Shown here piece by piece: positions 32,959-42,090 of a DNA stretch of 64,000 nt. The translations under genes were made by a program, and so were the position numbers. The notes under the pieces are model-generated. The model saw only the letters and a list, made by a program, of their open reading frames with translations, was not told the DNA's origin and did not search any database. The DNA is taken from NCBI GenBank assembly GCA_963786955.1, contig CAWBAT010000009.1, positions 340,584 through 404,583 of the forward strand, given 5' to 3'. How positions within the stretch are numbered: the first letter of the stretch is position 1; each line of letters starts with the position of its first letter. Source of the stretch: an uncultured Acidimicrobiia bacterium (lineage in GTDB: Bacteria; Acidobacteriota; Terriglobia; Versatilivoradales; Versatilivoraceae).

Positions 32959-33430
32959 ATGAGTCAACCGAATCTCCGACGAAGAGATTCAGAAGTTTCT
33001 TCAAGGATGTGAGGATTTTATTCGCTTGGGAAATTCATTTTCCCAGCACATTCGAGAAGCCTTCGAGGAATTGAAAAACACCTACGAGCCTGTGGCAAAG
33101 TCCAACTATCTCGATAAAGCCCTCGGGGATTTGCTGGAGAAGTCGCTGAAGGAATTTGAGACCAAGATGAATGCCAACCTACAGGGGATTGAAAAAGTCT
33201 GCACAAAAGGCAGCCAGTGGTTTGCATATTACCTTGGTCGCCGAAAGGAAAGTGACCTGGCCGGAGAAAACCACGAAACAAGTGCTACTCAAGACCCCCT
33301 GGATATTGATCGACCCCTACCTCCTCAGCCACAAAGAACAAGATCCCGGAACCTAAGGCCCAAGGCAATCGACAAACCTGCCATTTTCGGAAATGATCTT
33401 CGAGTGGTTTTTTCAGAACAGCTTTCATAG
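32959..33430 (+). CDS. Hypothetical helical protein, paralog B (frameshift near 32975; 3' end uncertain)
   Basis: MSQPNL joined to SDEEIQKFLQGCEDFIRLGNSFSQHI...NLQGIEKVCTKGSQWFAYYLG; ungapped similarity to the upstream gene. Confidence 0.7.
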
Positions 33431-33921
33431 TTGCAACACAGCCGACCCAGGGCTAGCCGGATAGTGCGTGCGACCCCGCTCGCAAGCTTGCATGCCTGGG
33501 ATCGACATTCAGAGATTCGCCTTTTCAGCCTTTTCGTCTCATGAGGTTCGGGAATCGCGGTTTCCGGTCGGCGTCTATATCCGATTCAGCTGAATCGAAC
33601 GTGCAGAACTGCCTGCATTCGAGGATTCTACCGCTGCCGCAGATATCTGCCCACGGGGCAGAGTCCAATAAAATTCAGTCTCCTGATGAAGGCGTATCAA
33701 GTCCTCGTATACTCTCGGTAATCGTTCCGCTAACGACAAAATTTTCCATTCCATGGCTCACTAGGTAAACATTGTAATTACGCTCCTGAAATCAATAAAA
33801 TCGCGGTGGATGGAGGATGCTGGGCACGGACCAATTGGCCGGCTGCGTTCTACCAGGGATATCTCTGGCACTCAACTTCATCTACTCATCTTTTAAAACC
33901 TGCATTAGGAGGAATCTCATC

Positions 33922-34506
33922 ATGGCAAAGCCCACACGAAAGAATATCGTTGAGGAACTTTTGAAATCTTACAGCATGGAATTGGAGACAGTGACTAACT
34001 ATCTTTCGAACTCGATCAACCTGGATGGGGTCCGTGCAGAAGAAATTAAAAAAGCTTTAGCGGCAGACATCACTGAGGAATTAATGCATGCGAAGCAACT
34101 CGGCGATCGAATTAAGCAGCTGGGAGGATCGGTACCCGGATCACTGAAACTAAGATTCGGCCAGGTTGCTTTGCAACCCCCCAACGACACAACCGATGTG
34201 ATCAGCGTGATCGTCGGCGTCATTAAAGCAGAGGAGGGTGCGGTCGCACAATACAACAAGATCATTCGCCTTTGTGAGGGTGATGATTATGTCACTCAGG
34301 ATCTCTGCATTCGACTGCTTTCCTCGGAAGAAGCCCATCGCGTGATGTTCGAAGGTTTTCTGAAGGAGTACCGGAAGAAATCCTCAAGACAGAAGTCATT
34401 CGACGTAAATTCCTTAATTTGTAAGAGCACTTTTCGGGCCGATGCGCGACGCCCAGATCGCGCACTACGACTACTTTCCGAAGGTCTACAAGCCGGAACT
34501 CATTAG
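33922..34506 (+). CDS. Ferritin-like (bacterioferritin-related) di-iron protein; true stop may be near 34380-34420
   Basis: AGGAGG RBS; MELET, EELMHA...RIKQLGG, AEEGA..QY, DYVTQDL, EEAH carboxylate/His ligand pattern. Confidence 0.85.
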   Translation: MAKPTRKNIVEELLKSYSMELETVTNYLSNSINLDGVRAEEIKKALAADITEELMHAKQLGDRIKQLGGSVPGSLKLRFGQVALQPPNDTTDVISVIVGVIKAEEGAVAQYNKIIRLCEGDDYVTQDLCIRLLSSEEAHRVMFEGFLKEYRKKSSRQKSFDVNSLICKSTFRADARRPDRALRLLSEGLQAGTH

Positions 34507-34617
34507 TTCCGGCCCACCGACAAGCCGCTGTTTATCCCGAAGGACAAGCTGTCGTCCGGGCTTTGGTTGAAACCGCCCGCTAGAGCGAGCGCGAAGGTGG
34601 AAGGTGAGAAACCGTGA
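34448..34617 (+). pseudogene. GC-rich 3' gene remnant at the left edge of the secretin segment
   Basis: Reads DAQIAHYDYFPKVYKPELI / PTDKPLFIPKDKLSSGLWLKPPARASAKVEGEKP* with strongly G/C-ending codons and no start. Confidence 0.35.
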
Positions 34618-34841
34618 TTCATTGAACCGGTTGTGGTTGTTAAGGAGATCTCAAGCTCGTCGACCGCTCAGGGATACTTGCTACAGATTTCTGGCGCGAT
34701 CACGTTTTGAGAGACGAAGGGTAAATGAGAGGGGAAGACCTGGGGAGAAGGGGCGATTCGCCGAAAGCAAAAAGAGACAGGTGTCACTTTACTTTTCACG
34801 TTTGTATTAGTAAGGTCTGCTTTAAACGGAGGAAAGCACCA

Positions 34842-36784
34842 ATGGCAGAACACTTCAGGTGGCGATCTCATCTGTCGGATGGAATCGCTCTCTTCGCGGC
34901 CGTCGCGCTGCTGGCTATAAGCTCCGCGCCCGTGAGCGCCCAGGTGCAGCCGCCGAAGCCGCAGCCGCCGGAGAAGCATTACCAGGCCGCTCGGGACGCC
35001 CTCACGAGAGGCGACACGGATAACGCCAAACTCGAGGTGAAGCTTGCGCTCCAAGACAACCCGCTCGATGCGGCAGCGCACTTCCTGCTTGGCCAGCCTG
35101 CTCGCGCTGCAGGGGGAGAACGACCAGGCGATCGTGGGGTTTCAGAGAGCGTTAACGCTCGATCCGACCAACGCCGAAGCGCTCTACAACCTGGGAACGA
35201 TGCTGCTCTGGCGGGGAGAAGCGCTCCTGGCCTCCCGCCTGCTCGAGAACGCCGTCTCGATCCGCCCCGGTCACGTCCCGTCTTACAACAATCTCGCAAA
35301 GGCTTACTACCTGACCGGGCTCCCCGAGTTGGCCATCGGCACCTACGAGGAGGCGCTTCGCCGCGACCCGTCGAATGCCATCGCCCTCAAGAACTTGGCA
35401 GTCCTTGCCGAGGGCGCGGGCCTCCACGAGGCGGCAACTGCCTACCGGCGACGTCTCGAGGCACTCGGGCTGGCCCAGACCGCGCTGCCCTGACCGTAGA
35501 GCCGATCACCCTACTCCCCACCTGGCCTCTCGCCAAGGCAACGGTCGGCCCGCCCTTGCCGGCCCCGACGCCGGTCATCCATGCGCCGAAGCCAGAGGCC
35601 CGCCCGGACCAGGATGTCAATGCTCTCCGTGAGCTTCTCCGTGACTTGCCCCATGTAACGGTCGAACGGCGCGGCGGCCGGCTCACCCTCGTCGGTTGGA
35701 CGAGCAGCCCGAAGGAGAAGGAGATGCTTGGCAAGATCCTCGCCGGACGGTCGGATGTCCTCGACCTGACGACGCGACGACGTCGGGGATACCCAGCGCA
35801 TGATCGAGGTCGACGCGGATCATTTTTACCCTGATCAAGCTGGACCAGACCAGCGTGGGGTTCAACTTTCTGAAATTAGTGCAGACGAACTTTACTTACT
35901 TCGCTAACGAAAACGCCAACGGGGTCGGCCTCGCGGCACCCGGCACGACCGGGCCATTGATCGACCTCGCCCAACAGGGCTGGCTCTTCGTTGCGGCCGT
36001 CGACTACAGCGTCAACATCGCGAACGCGTCGATCAACCGGGTGGCGGTCCTCGCTCGGCCGCACCTGACCACGTTGAGCGGGACTCCCGCCACATTCCTC
36101 GTCGGCGGCGAGATCGTTTTCAAGGTGTCCGGGCTTAACAGTGGCGACATCAAACCCTTCCCGTTCGGGACGACGCTCGCGGTCACCCCGACTCTGCTGC
36201 GCACTCCGGGCGAGGACGGCACCCCGCGCGTCCACATCGCAGTCGAGGCGGGTCGTATGAGTGTTCTCACCCTGCTGGACGTCTTAACAACTGCGCAAGA
36301 CCAAGTGACCTTCGACAAGGTCCGGGTCACAAGTCAAGCCGTCGTCAGCCTCGGCCAGACCTTGATCCTGAGCGGTCTCAGCCAGCGTGAAAGCCGCACA
36401 GGTCATGCTGGGGTTCCTGGCCTCATGTACGTCCCGATCCTCAAGTACCTCTTTTCGCAGAAGACAACCACCCTGAGCGATAACTCTGTGATCATCCTCC
36501 TGACGCCCCGCGATCCAGCCTTCTGGGATGAGCAGAACCGGAAGGCCCTTGCGGAGTTCGTCGAAAAACGCCGCGCCTTCCTCCAGGCAAAGCAAGGGAC
36601 GCCGGAGGACATGCAGCGTTACCGGGAACGCTACCCCGACTGGGACCAAATCGCCCCCAACCGCTTCGCTTCACACTTCTTCATGATGGAAAACAGCGAA
36701 CTCTACCGCAACGTGAGCGGGCAGGACCTCGTCGGTGCAGACCTCGAATTGCAGCTCCTGGGGCCAAAGCCGAAGAAAAAATGA
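34842..36784 (+). CDS. TPR-BON-like-secretin fusion (CpaC/RcpA-like outer-membrane secretin); several frameshifts
   Basis: GGAGG RBS, signal peptide ending VSA-Q, about five TPRs, Pro-rich linker, BON-like VTVERRGGRLTLVG, then secretin motifs MIEVDA, VLARPHLTTLSGTPATFLVGGEI, FGTTLAVTPT, GQTLILSGL, GVPGLMYVPILKYLFS, IILLTPR. Confidence 0.85.
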
Positions 36785-37108
36785 ACGAAGGTTGATCGAG
36801 CAAGATTCCACCGACAACAATTGGGAAGACCCCACAACTGCGCCGTTGGGACATCCTCCTGTAACGCCGGGGCCGACAAAAAATGCGTGGATCTGCCTTA
36901 AGGGTTGCAGATCTTAGATCGTCCATCCTTTGGAAGATGATCTCAGCCTAGGACGATACTTCACGCCGTCGCGATTCTTTCCCTGTTGCTTTTTTTGCAG
37001 TAGTCAAGAGCAGGCAACAAGTAATTGGGCGTGTCAAATTTTTCACGATGAAGCCAGGACTGAAGGAGGCAATACATCCGCGGAAACAGCAATCCCTCCA
37101 AATACAAC

Positions 37109-38032
37109 TTATTTCCCTGCGCTTTCCAGGTCGTAGGACACGTTTGTGAAATCAAATTTCCCCTTCTCCAAAGCTACACCAATGATCAGGATTTCCAGGT
37201 CCTGTTGTCCCGGGTTGAAAACTCCGTGCGCTTCACCCAAACAGACGGCAAAACCGTCTCCTTTGGAGAGCTTCTCGACTGCTCCATCTAGCGTCACGAT
37301 ACCGTCCCCAGAAATGATATAGAAAACTTCCTCAACCCCGTCATGACGGTGGTACCCGAGAGACGTTTGAGGTGGGAGCAGCAGATGATCGACGTACCCC
37401 CAATTGGTGCGGAACACTTCGGGTCCAAGCACTCTTCGATAACGTACGCTCCCCTTGCCCCCATTCATCGCAGCAACCTCTTTAAGGAGAGACCGGTCAA
37501 AGCGGGCCTGGATGAAAACCGGTTTAGGATCCAGAGGCACTCCAACCCGATCATCTCCCAGGTCAAATGCGTCGTACCTGCCTTTGACTGTTGAAACGGC
37601 AATATTCATCCATTCGGTTGGCTGATCCGTCGGATTATAAATGGCGTGCGAACTGCCCATCCGGCAAGGCGCCGAAGCGGGCCCATTCAATTCAGATGTC
37701 CGGCCATCCACGGTAAACTGCGCCTTGTTATCGAAGATGAAAAACATCTCTTCAATTTGGTTGTGAAAGTGATGGCCGATACCGGACCGGGGGGCTAATC
37801 GTCCCCGATGTAAAAAAAGAAAATTAGTGTAGAAATCCTCCTGGGTGAGTAAGGCATTGATCCCCATCGATCCTGCTCCCCCATGAACCCCTGCGAGCTG
37901 TTGGTATTTAGATGGATCGTTACGAAAAATCCTTTTGGCCAAAGGAGCGTGAAGCCTTGTCTCACTGCTCAAGAGTACCGAGCACCCAAGTGTCAGAGCC
38001 AATAGCCAAACCATCCAATGAGATTTTTGCAT
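37109..38032 (-). CDS. Exported bicupin protein
   Basis: Signal-peptide-like N-terminus; two cupin motifs GHHFHNQIEEMF...SHAIYN and GYHRHDGVEEVFY...AHGVFN. Confidence 0.85.
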   Translation of the reverse strand: MQKSHWMVWLLALTLGCSVLLSSETRLHAPLAKRIFRNDPSKYQQLAGVHGGAGSMGINALLTQEDFYTNFLFLHRGRLAPRSGIGHHFHNQIEEMFFIFDNKAQFTVDGRTSELNGPASAPCRMGSSHAIYNPTDQPTEWMNIAVSTVKGRYDAFDLGDDRVGVPLDPKPVFIQARFDRSLLKEVAAMNGGKGSVRYRRVLGPEVFRTNWGYVDHLLLPPQTSLGYHRHDGVEEVFYIISGDGIVTLDGAVEKLSKGDGFAVCLGEAHGVFNPGQQDLEILIIGVALEKGKFDFTNVSYDLESAGK

Positions 38033-38138
38033 CTTTCCCCCCATTCTCAACAATGCAACCCGCAGGGACGAAGCATTCAACGCGGGATGCTCAGGTACCC
38101 TTCCTCCCTACTAACCAATGAATTAACTCCTGCCCCCT

Positions 38139-38609
38139 CTACTTCCCTTTCGCTATGGGCTCATTTTCCCAATTGAAAATTTTGGTTTGAGCTTCGAATT
38201 CGCTGATCTCTTTGTTACGCAGTCTTTTTTCCAGGTCCTTCTGAACCTTGTGTTTCAGCTTGGCTTTTGACTTCGTAATCGCTTCGATATTGGAAAAGGT
38301 ATTGGATCCACCGAGCGAGATCGGCATCCGATATTCTGCCTCATACTCATTCCACTTATTTTTTGGAATACCCATTTCCTTAAAAAGGAATTCTCGCTCC
38401 GCCTTCGACGGCTTGCTTTTCACCTTCGTGAAGAGAACATCTTCTTTCCGTTTGTCGGATGCGAGAACCACATCCTGCGCACCTTTATAGGGGTTTTTTA
38501 CTTTATCCTTGCTCTCCATCACGGCGGGATCAAGCAAGAAGCAGAACGCAAGAGAGAAGACGAGAGTTGCTTGGTGCATCGCAGTTCGAGGTTTCAAGCC
38601 ATACTTCAT
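38139..38609 (-). CDS. Exported Lys-rich protein with degenerate HNH-like motif
   Basis: YEAEYRMPISLGGSNTFSNI resembles the HNH pattern YEiDHlIPleLGGsn...Nl; ATGA overlap with the upstream SDR stop. Confidence 0.65.
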   Translation of the reverse strand: MKYGLKPRTAMHQATLVFSLAFCFLLDPAVMESKDKVKNPYKGAQDVVLASDKRKEDVLFTKVKSKPSKAEREFLFKEMGIPKNKWNEYEAEYRMPISLGGSNTFSNIEAITKSKAKLKHKVQKDLEKRLRNKEISEFEAQTKIFNWENEPIAKGK

Positions 38610-39391
38610 TCATCTGCTCCGATGCATCGAACCGAGTGCCCGGCGTCCACATTCAGGACGCACCCCGTGATCATCGCTGAGTCGTCCGAGGCGAGAAAGG
38701 CTACCAGGTTTGCTGAATCCTGAGGAGTCTGGAATCTTCCCATGGGGAGACGAGGTTCTCTTTCCTTCAACCAGTTTTCGTCTTGGCCCATTTCTCTTCG
38801 AATTCGCCGTTCGGTGGCGGAGAGGACCCAGCCAGGGATCATGTAATTGACCCGAATCTTGTCTTTGGCGAGGCCAACGGCAAGATTTTTCGTCATCGTC
38901 AAGAGTCCGCCTTTGGAAACCGCGTATGCAACCAGCCTGGAATCCCCTCCCAGGCCGTGCACCGACCCTGTGTTGATAATACTCCCCCCTCCGCGACTTC
39001 GCAGGATCGGAACCGCATACTTGCATAAGAAAAAAGGACCTTTGAGATTGATGCCCAGCATATTGTCATAAAACTCTTCGGTTGTTTCCTCGAGATATGC
39101 CCGAGGGAAAATGCCGGCATTGTTTACCAGAATATCGAGGCCCCCAAAGATTTCCACGGTTTTTTGAACAGCCCTCTCACATTGCTGAGTCTGGCTGACA
39201 TCGGCCAACAGAAAGGCGGCCTCTCCACCCTCAGCCTGAATCTTCGTGAGGGTTTCCTTTCCCCCGTTCTCGTCAATATCAATCATGACGACCCGGACCC
39301 CTTCTGCAGCCAATCGCACCGCGCACCCCCGGCCCACTCCGCCACTTGCCCCTGTTACCAGGGCAATCTTTCCTTTGAGTGAATCATACAT
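38606..39391 (-). CDS. SDR-family NAD(P)-dependent oxidoreductase
   Basis: TGASGGVG, LVNNAG, YAVSK, IRVN..IPG, FLASD...ITG..LNVDAG. Confidence 0.95.
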   Translation of the reverse strand: MYDSLKGKIALVTGASGGVGRGCAVRLAAEGVRVVMIDIDENGGKETLTKIQAEGGEAAFLLADVSQTQQCERAVQKTVEIFGGLDILVNNAGIFPRAYLEETTEEFYDNMLGINLKGPFFLCKYAVPILRSRGGGSIINTGSVHGLGGDSRLVAYAVSKGGLLTMTKNLAVGLAKDKIRVNYMIPGWVLSATERRIRREMGQDENWLKEREPRLPMGRFQTPQDSANLVAFLASDDSAMITGCVLNVDAGHSVRCIGADE

Positions 39392-39449
39392 AGTGTCTTT
39401 AATCCTTCATCTTTGTATGGAACGAATAAGTTAACAGCTCTAAATAGAC

Positions 39450-39675
39450 TAACCCTATCGGCAGGCATCTCTTCGGCAGAAAGTACGATCAATCTTGACC
39501 CTTCAGTGGACACATGGAATCGCAACCGGCAAATGCTGCAATAAATGACGTCTGACAGCTCCGAATCGGGCTGAATCGCAGCCGATGCGCCCAGTATTTC
39601 ACAATGCCGGCAAAGGACAAGCGATTTGGCGGGGGATCGATTCAAAGACGGGTCAGGTGCGAACGGCGAACTCAT
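39450..39675 (-). CDS. Small zinc-ribbon-like protein (3' end uncertain)
   Basis: CRHC-x20-CSIC within ORF 39355-39717, co-oriented between parB and the SDR gene. Confidence 0.4.
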
Positions 39676-39780
39676 ACAATCTTTCCAGGGGATCAAAGAC
39701 CGGAAACCGGTGCTCAAAGCTCAATGTGCACGAACTCTGATTTGGATGCAGTATTGATCCATGAAATTGGAAAGAGCTCC

Positions 39781-40620
39781 TTAGCTCTCGGAGGCCGAAT
39801 CGCCTTTTAAAGCGTCGAGAATCGCTGTTAAAGTTTCGATCAGCTCATCCTTCTCGACCTTCGTCTTGGCGAATTTGATCTCCAAAGTGAATTCCCTGGT
39901 CGGGGGCTTAAATCGGAATACATAACTCTTCGGTCGACCTTTTTCCCCTTGCAGCCTTTCTTTTCGTGCTTCATCGCGAGAGACTTCTCCGTGAGAAAAC
40001 CGATGGATGAGCTCAACCATTTTTTCATGGGATGGCTGGCGAACAATTTGAAGCAGCATCGACTTGCTGAGCACTTGGAATTGACGGCACAAATCCTTGA
40101 TCGCCTCAGGCAAGGTCCCCACACTCAGAGTCTCGGTGACGGATGAGCGCGCCTTGCTGATCTTCTTGGCGATCTGTTCATGGGTATAGCCAAAGCGATC
40201 AATGAGCGACTGCAACCCCTCTGCCTCTTCAAAAGGGGTCAGGTCTTTTCGCTGGAGGTTTTCAATGAGTGCAATTTCCGCAACTTCGGCGTCGTCAACG
40301 TCTTTTTCGATACAAGGCACTTCCTTCAACCCGGCGGCCAAACTGGCCCGATAACGGCGCTCCCCCGAGATGATCATGAAATTGTCATTCGCCCGGTCAT
40401 GCCGGACGAGGATCGGCTCGAGAACTCCCTTTTCCATAATCGATGCGGTCAAATCACTGAGGTCGCCAATGATTTGGCGGGGCTGATCGGGATTGACCTC
40501 CAACCGCTCGATAGGAATCATGCGTCCTACCGGAGCTCCACTACGGCTGCTGAGTTCGTCTACGTAGTGAAAGTCGTGCCGCATTTTGACGGATGCAGGA
40601 AGGCCGGTTCTCTTAGACAC
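39781..40620 (-). CDS. parB: ParB/Spo0J-family partition protein
   Basis: NPDQPR, GVLEPILV, ISGERRYRA (CTPase motif), ALIENLQRKDLTPFEEA, HTH. Confidence 0.93.
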   Translation of the reverse strand: MSKRTGLPASVKMRHDFHYVDELSSRSGAPVGRMIPIERLEVNPDQPRQIIGDLSDLTASIMEKGVLEPILVRHDRANDNFMIISGERRYRASLAAGLKEVPCIEKDVDDAEVAEIALIENLQRKDLTPFEEAEGLQSLIDRFGYTHEQIAKKISKARSSVTETLSVGTLPEAIKDLCRQFQVLSKSMLLQIVRQPSHEKMVELIHRFSHGEVSRDEARKERLQGEKGRPKSYVFRFKPPTREFTLEIKFAKTKVEKDELIETLTAILDALKGDSASES

Positions 40621-41369
40621 GATCTAATACCTCGTCAGAGAGCTTAAAATATTCAGTTGCCCCTTTGGATTTTGGGGCAAAAGTAAAAATGGATTCTTTG
40701 TAGGCCGGACTTTCTTCTAAACGGATACTTTTTGAGATGATTGTCTTGAAATACCTTAGCCCCGAAAACCTCTCGAATCTGCTTATAGATCCCTTTGGCC
40801 AAGAGCGTCCTCTTATCATGGAGCGTAATCAATACTCCAAGAACTTTGAGTTCCGGGTTCGGGCGAGCTTTGATCTTCTCAACCGTTTCCAGCAAATCAT
40901 CCGTCCCTTCCAGAGCAAAATATGAGGATTGAATCGGAATGAGAAGGTGCGTGCACGCCACCAGAGCATTCACAGTAATCAATCCCAGCGTCGGAGGTGT
41001 ATCAATAACGATCATGTCATATTCCTGCCGTATAGCATCCAGTCGGTCTTTCAAGCGGAAGGGGGCATCGAACTCACCCACCAGATTGCTCTCCAATTTA
41101 GCCAGAGCAATCTTCGCAGGAGCCACATCCAAATGGAGTACCGTAGTTTGCTGAATAATATCTCTAAAATGACAGTTGGAATTGACCAGAACGTCATAGA
41201 CGCTCTTTTGAGTCTGGTGGATGTCCAGGAACGTCAGCGAGCTGTTCGCCTGGGGGTCGAGATCCAACAACAGGGTCTTCCGTCCCTTTCTGGCGAATGC
41301 TGCCGCTAAATTGATCGCAGTGGTGGTCTTTCCGACGCCACCTTTTTGGTTCGCAATCGCTAAAATCAT
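40613..41369 (-). CDS. parA: ParA/Soj-family ATPase; one frameshift near 40740
   Basis: ANQKGGVGKTTT, DLDPQAN, IDTPPTLG, IRLEESPA; stop overlaps the parB start. Confidence 0.95.
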
Positions 41370-41420
41370 TAAACCCTCAAAAGCATCGGCCCTCGGGTGT
41401 TGCGCTGGGAGCCTTCGGCC

Positions 41421-41429
41421 TTATCCACA
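41421..41429 (+). promoter_or_regulatory. Perfect DnaA box upstream of parA
   Basis: TTATCCACA about 50 bp upstream of the parA start, in a short intergenic gap; single copy. Confidence 0.4.
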
Positions 41430-41492
41430 AGGATCTTTGAAACGTCCAGGGTGAAGACCTTTCATGGCGGACGAACGAGGGTTGAATTCGGC

Positions 41493-41979
41493 TCACATCT
41501 TATACTTCCCCAGGTCTTCATCGCCGAGGTTTTCGAGCCAGCGTTTCAATTCGTCGTCGTTGAGCTTTTCCTGCTTCGACGAGGTTGCCTTGGAATGTTT
41601 GATAACTTCCTCATCCACGTAAATCGGTGAGTCCGTTCTCAATGCCAAGGCCAGCGCGTCACTCGGTCGCGAGTCCACTGAGATGAGATTCCCGTTTTGC
41701 ATCAACCAGATCACAGCATAAGAACGTATCATCTTTCAACTGACTCACGACCACCTTGCTCACTGAACAGCCTAACCCCTGCAATATATTCCTCAATAAA
41801 TCATGGGTCATCGGGCGCGGGGTCGCCACTTTTTCAATCTCCATAGCAATGGCATTAGCCTCGAAGACCCCAACCCAGATGGGGAGTAGAGTATTCCCGT
41901 CCGATCCTTTCAAGATCACAATCGGGACATTTGTGACCGGATCCATCATCAGACCGCGGATCTTCATTTCAATTTCCAC
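41493..41979 (-). CDS. Bifunctional nuclease family protein (DUF151); one frameshift
   Basis: LPIWVGVFEANAIA, RPMTHDLL, DSRPSDALALALR. Confidence 0.92.
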
Positions 41980-42090
41980 CGGGCCACCTCCTCGGTCTCA
42001 GGCCGTTCATACGAACAGAGAAAGATTAGCAGAAAGAGACCAACGAGACAATCTGCCTCTCATGTCAGATTCACGCGGCGTCAGCAAGGC

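Noticed and set aside
33171-33356. 61-aa alternative frame as the true continuation of paralog B from 33171
   Set aside because: The original frame carries the conserved NLxGI...CTxGxQW motif shared with paralog A, so any shift must be downstream of it.
32556-33430. Paralog pair as WXG100/ESAT-6 substrates
   Set aside because: No central WxG motif and no type VII secretion ATPase nearby.
41421-41429. Replication origin near parAB
   Set aside because: Only one DnaA box, no AT-rich unwinding element, and no dnaA/dnaN/mnmG in the window.
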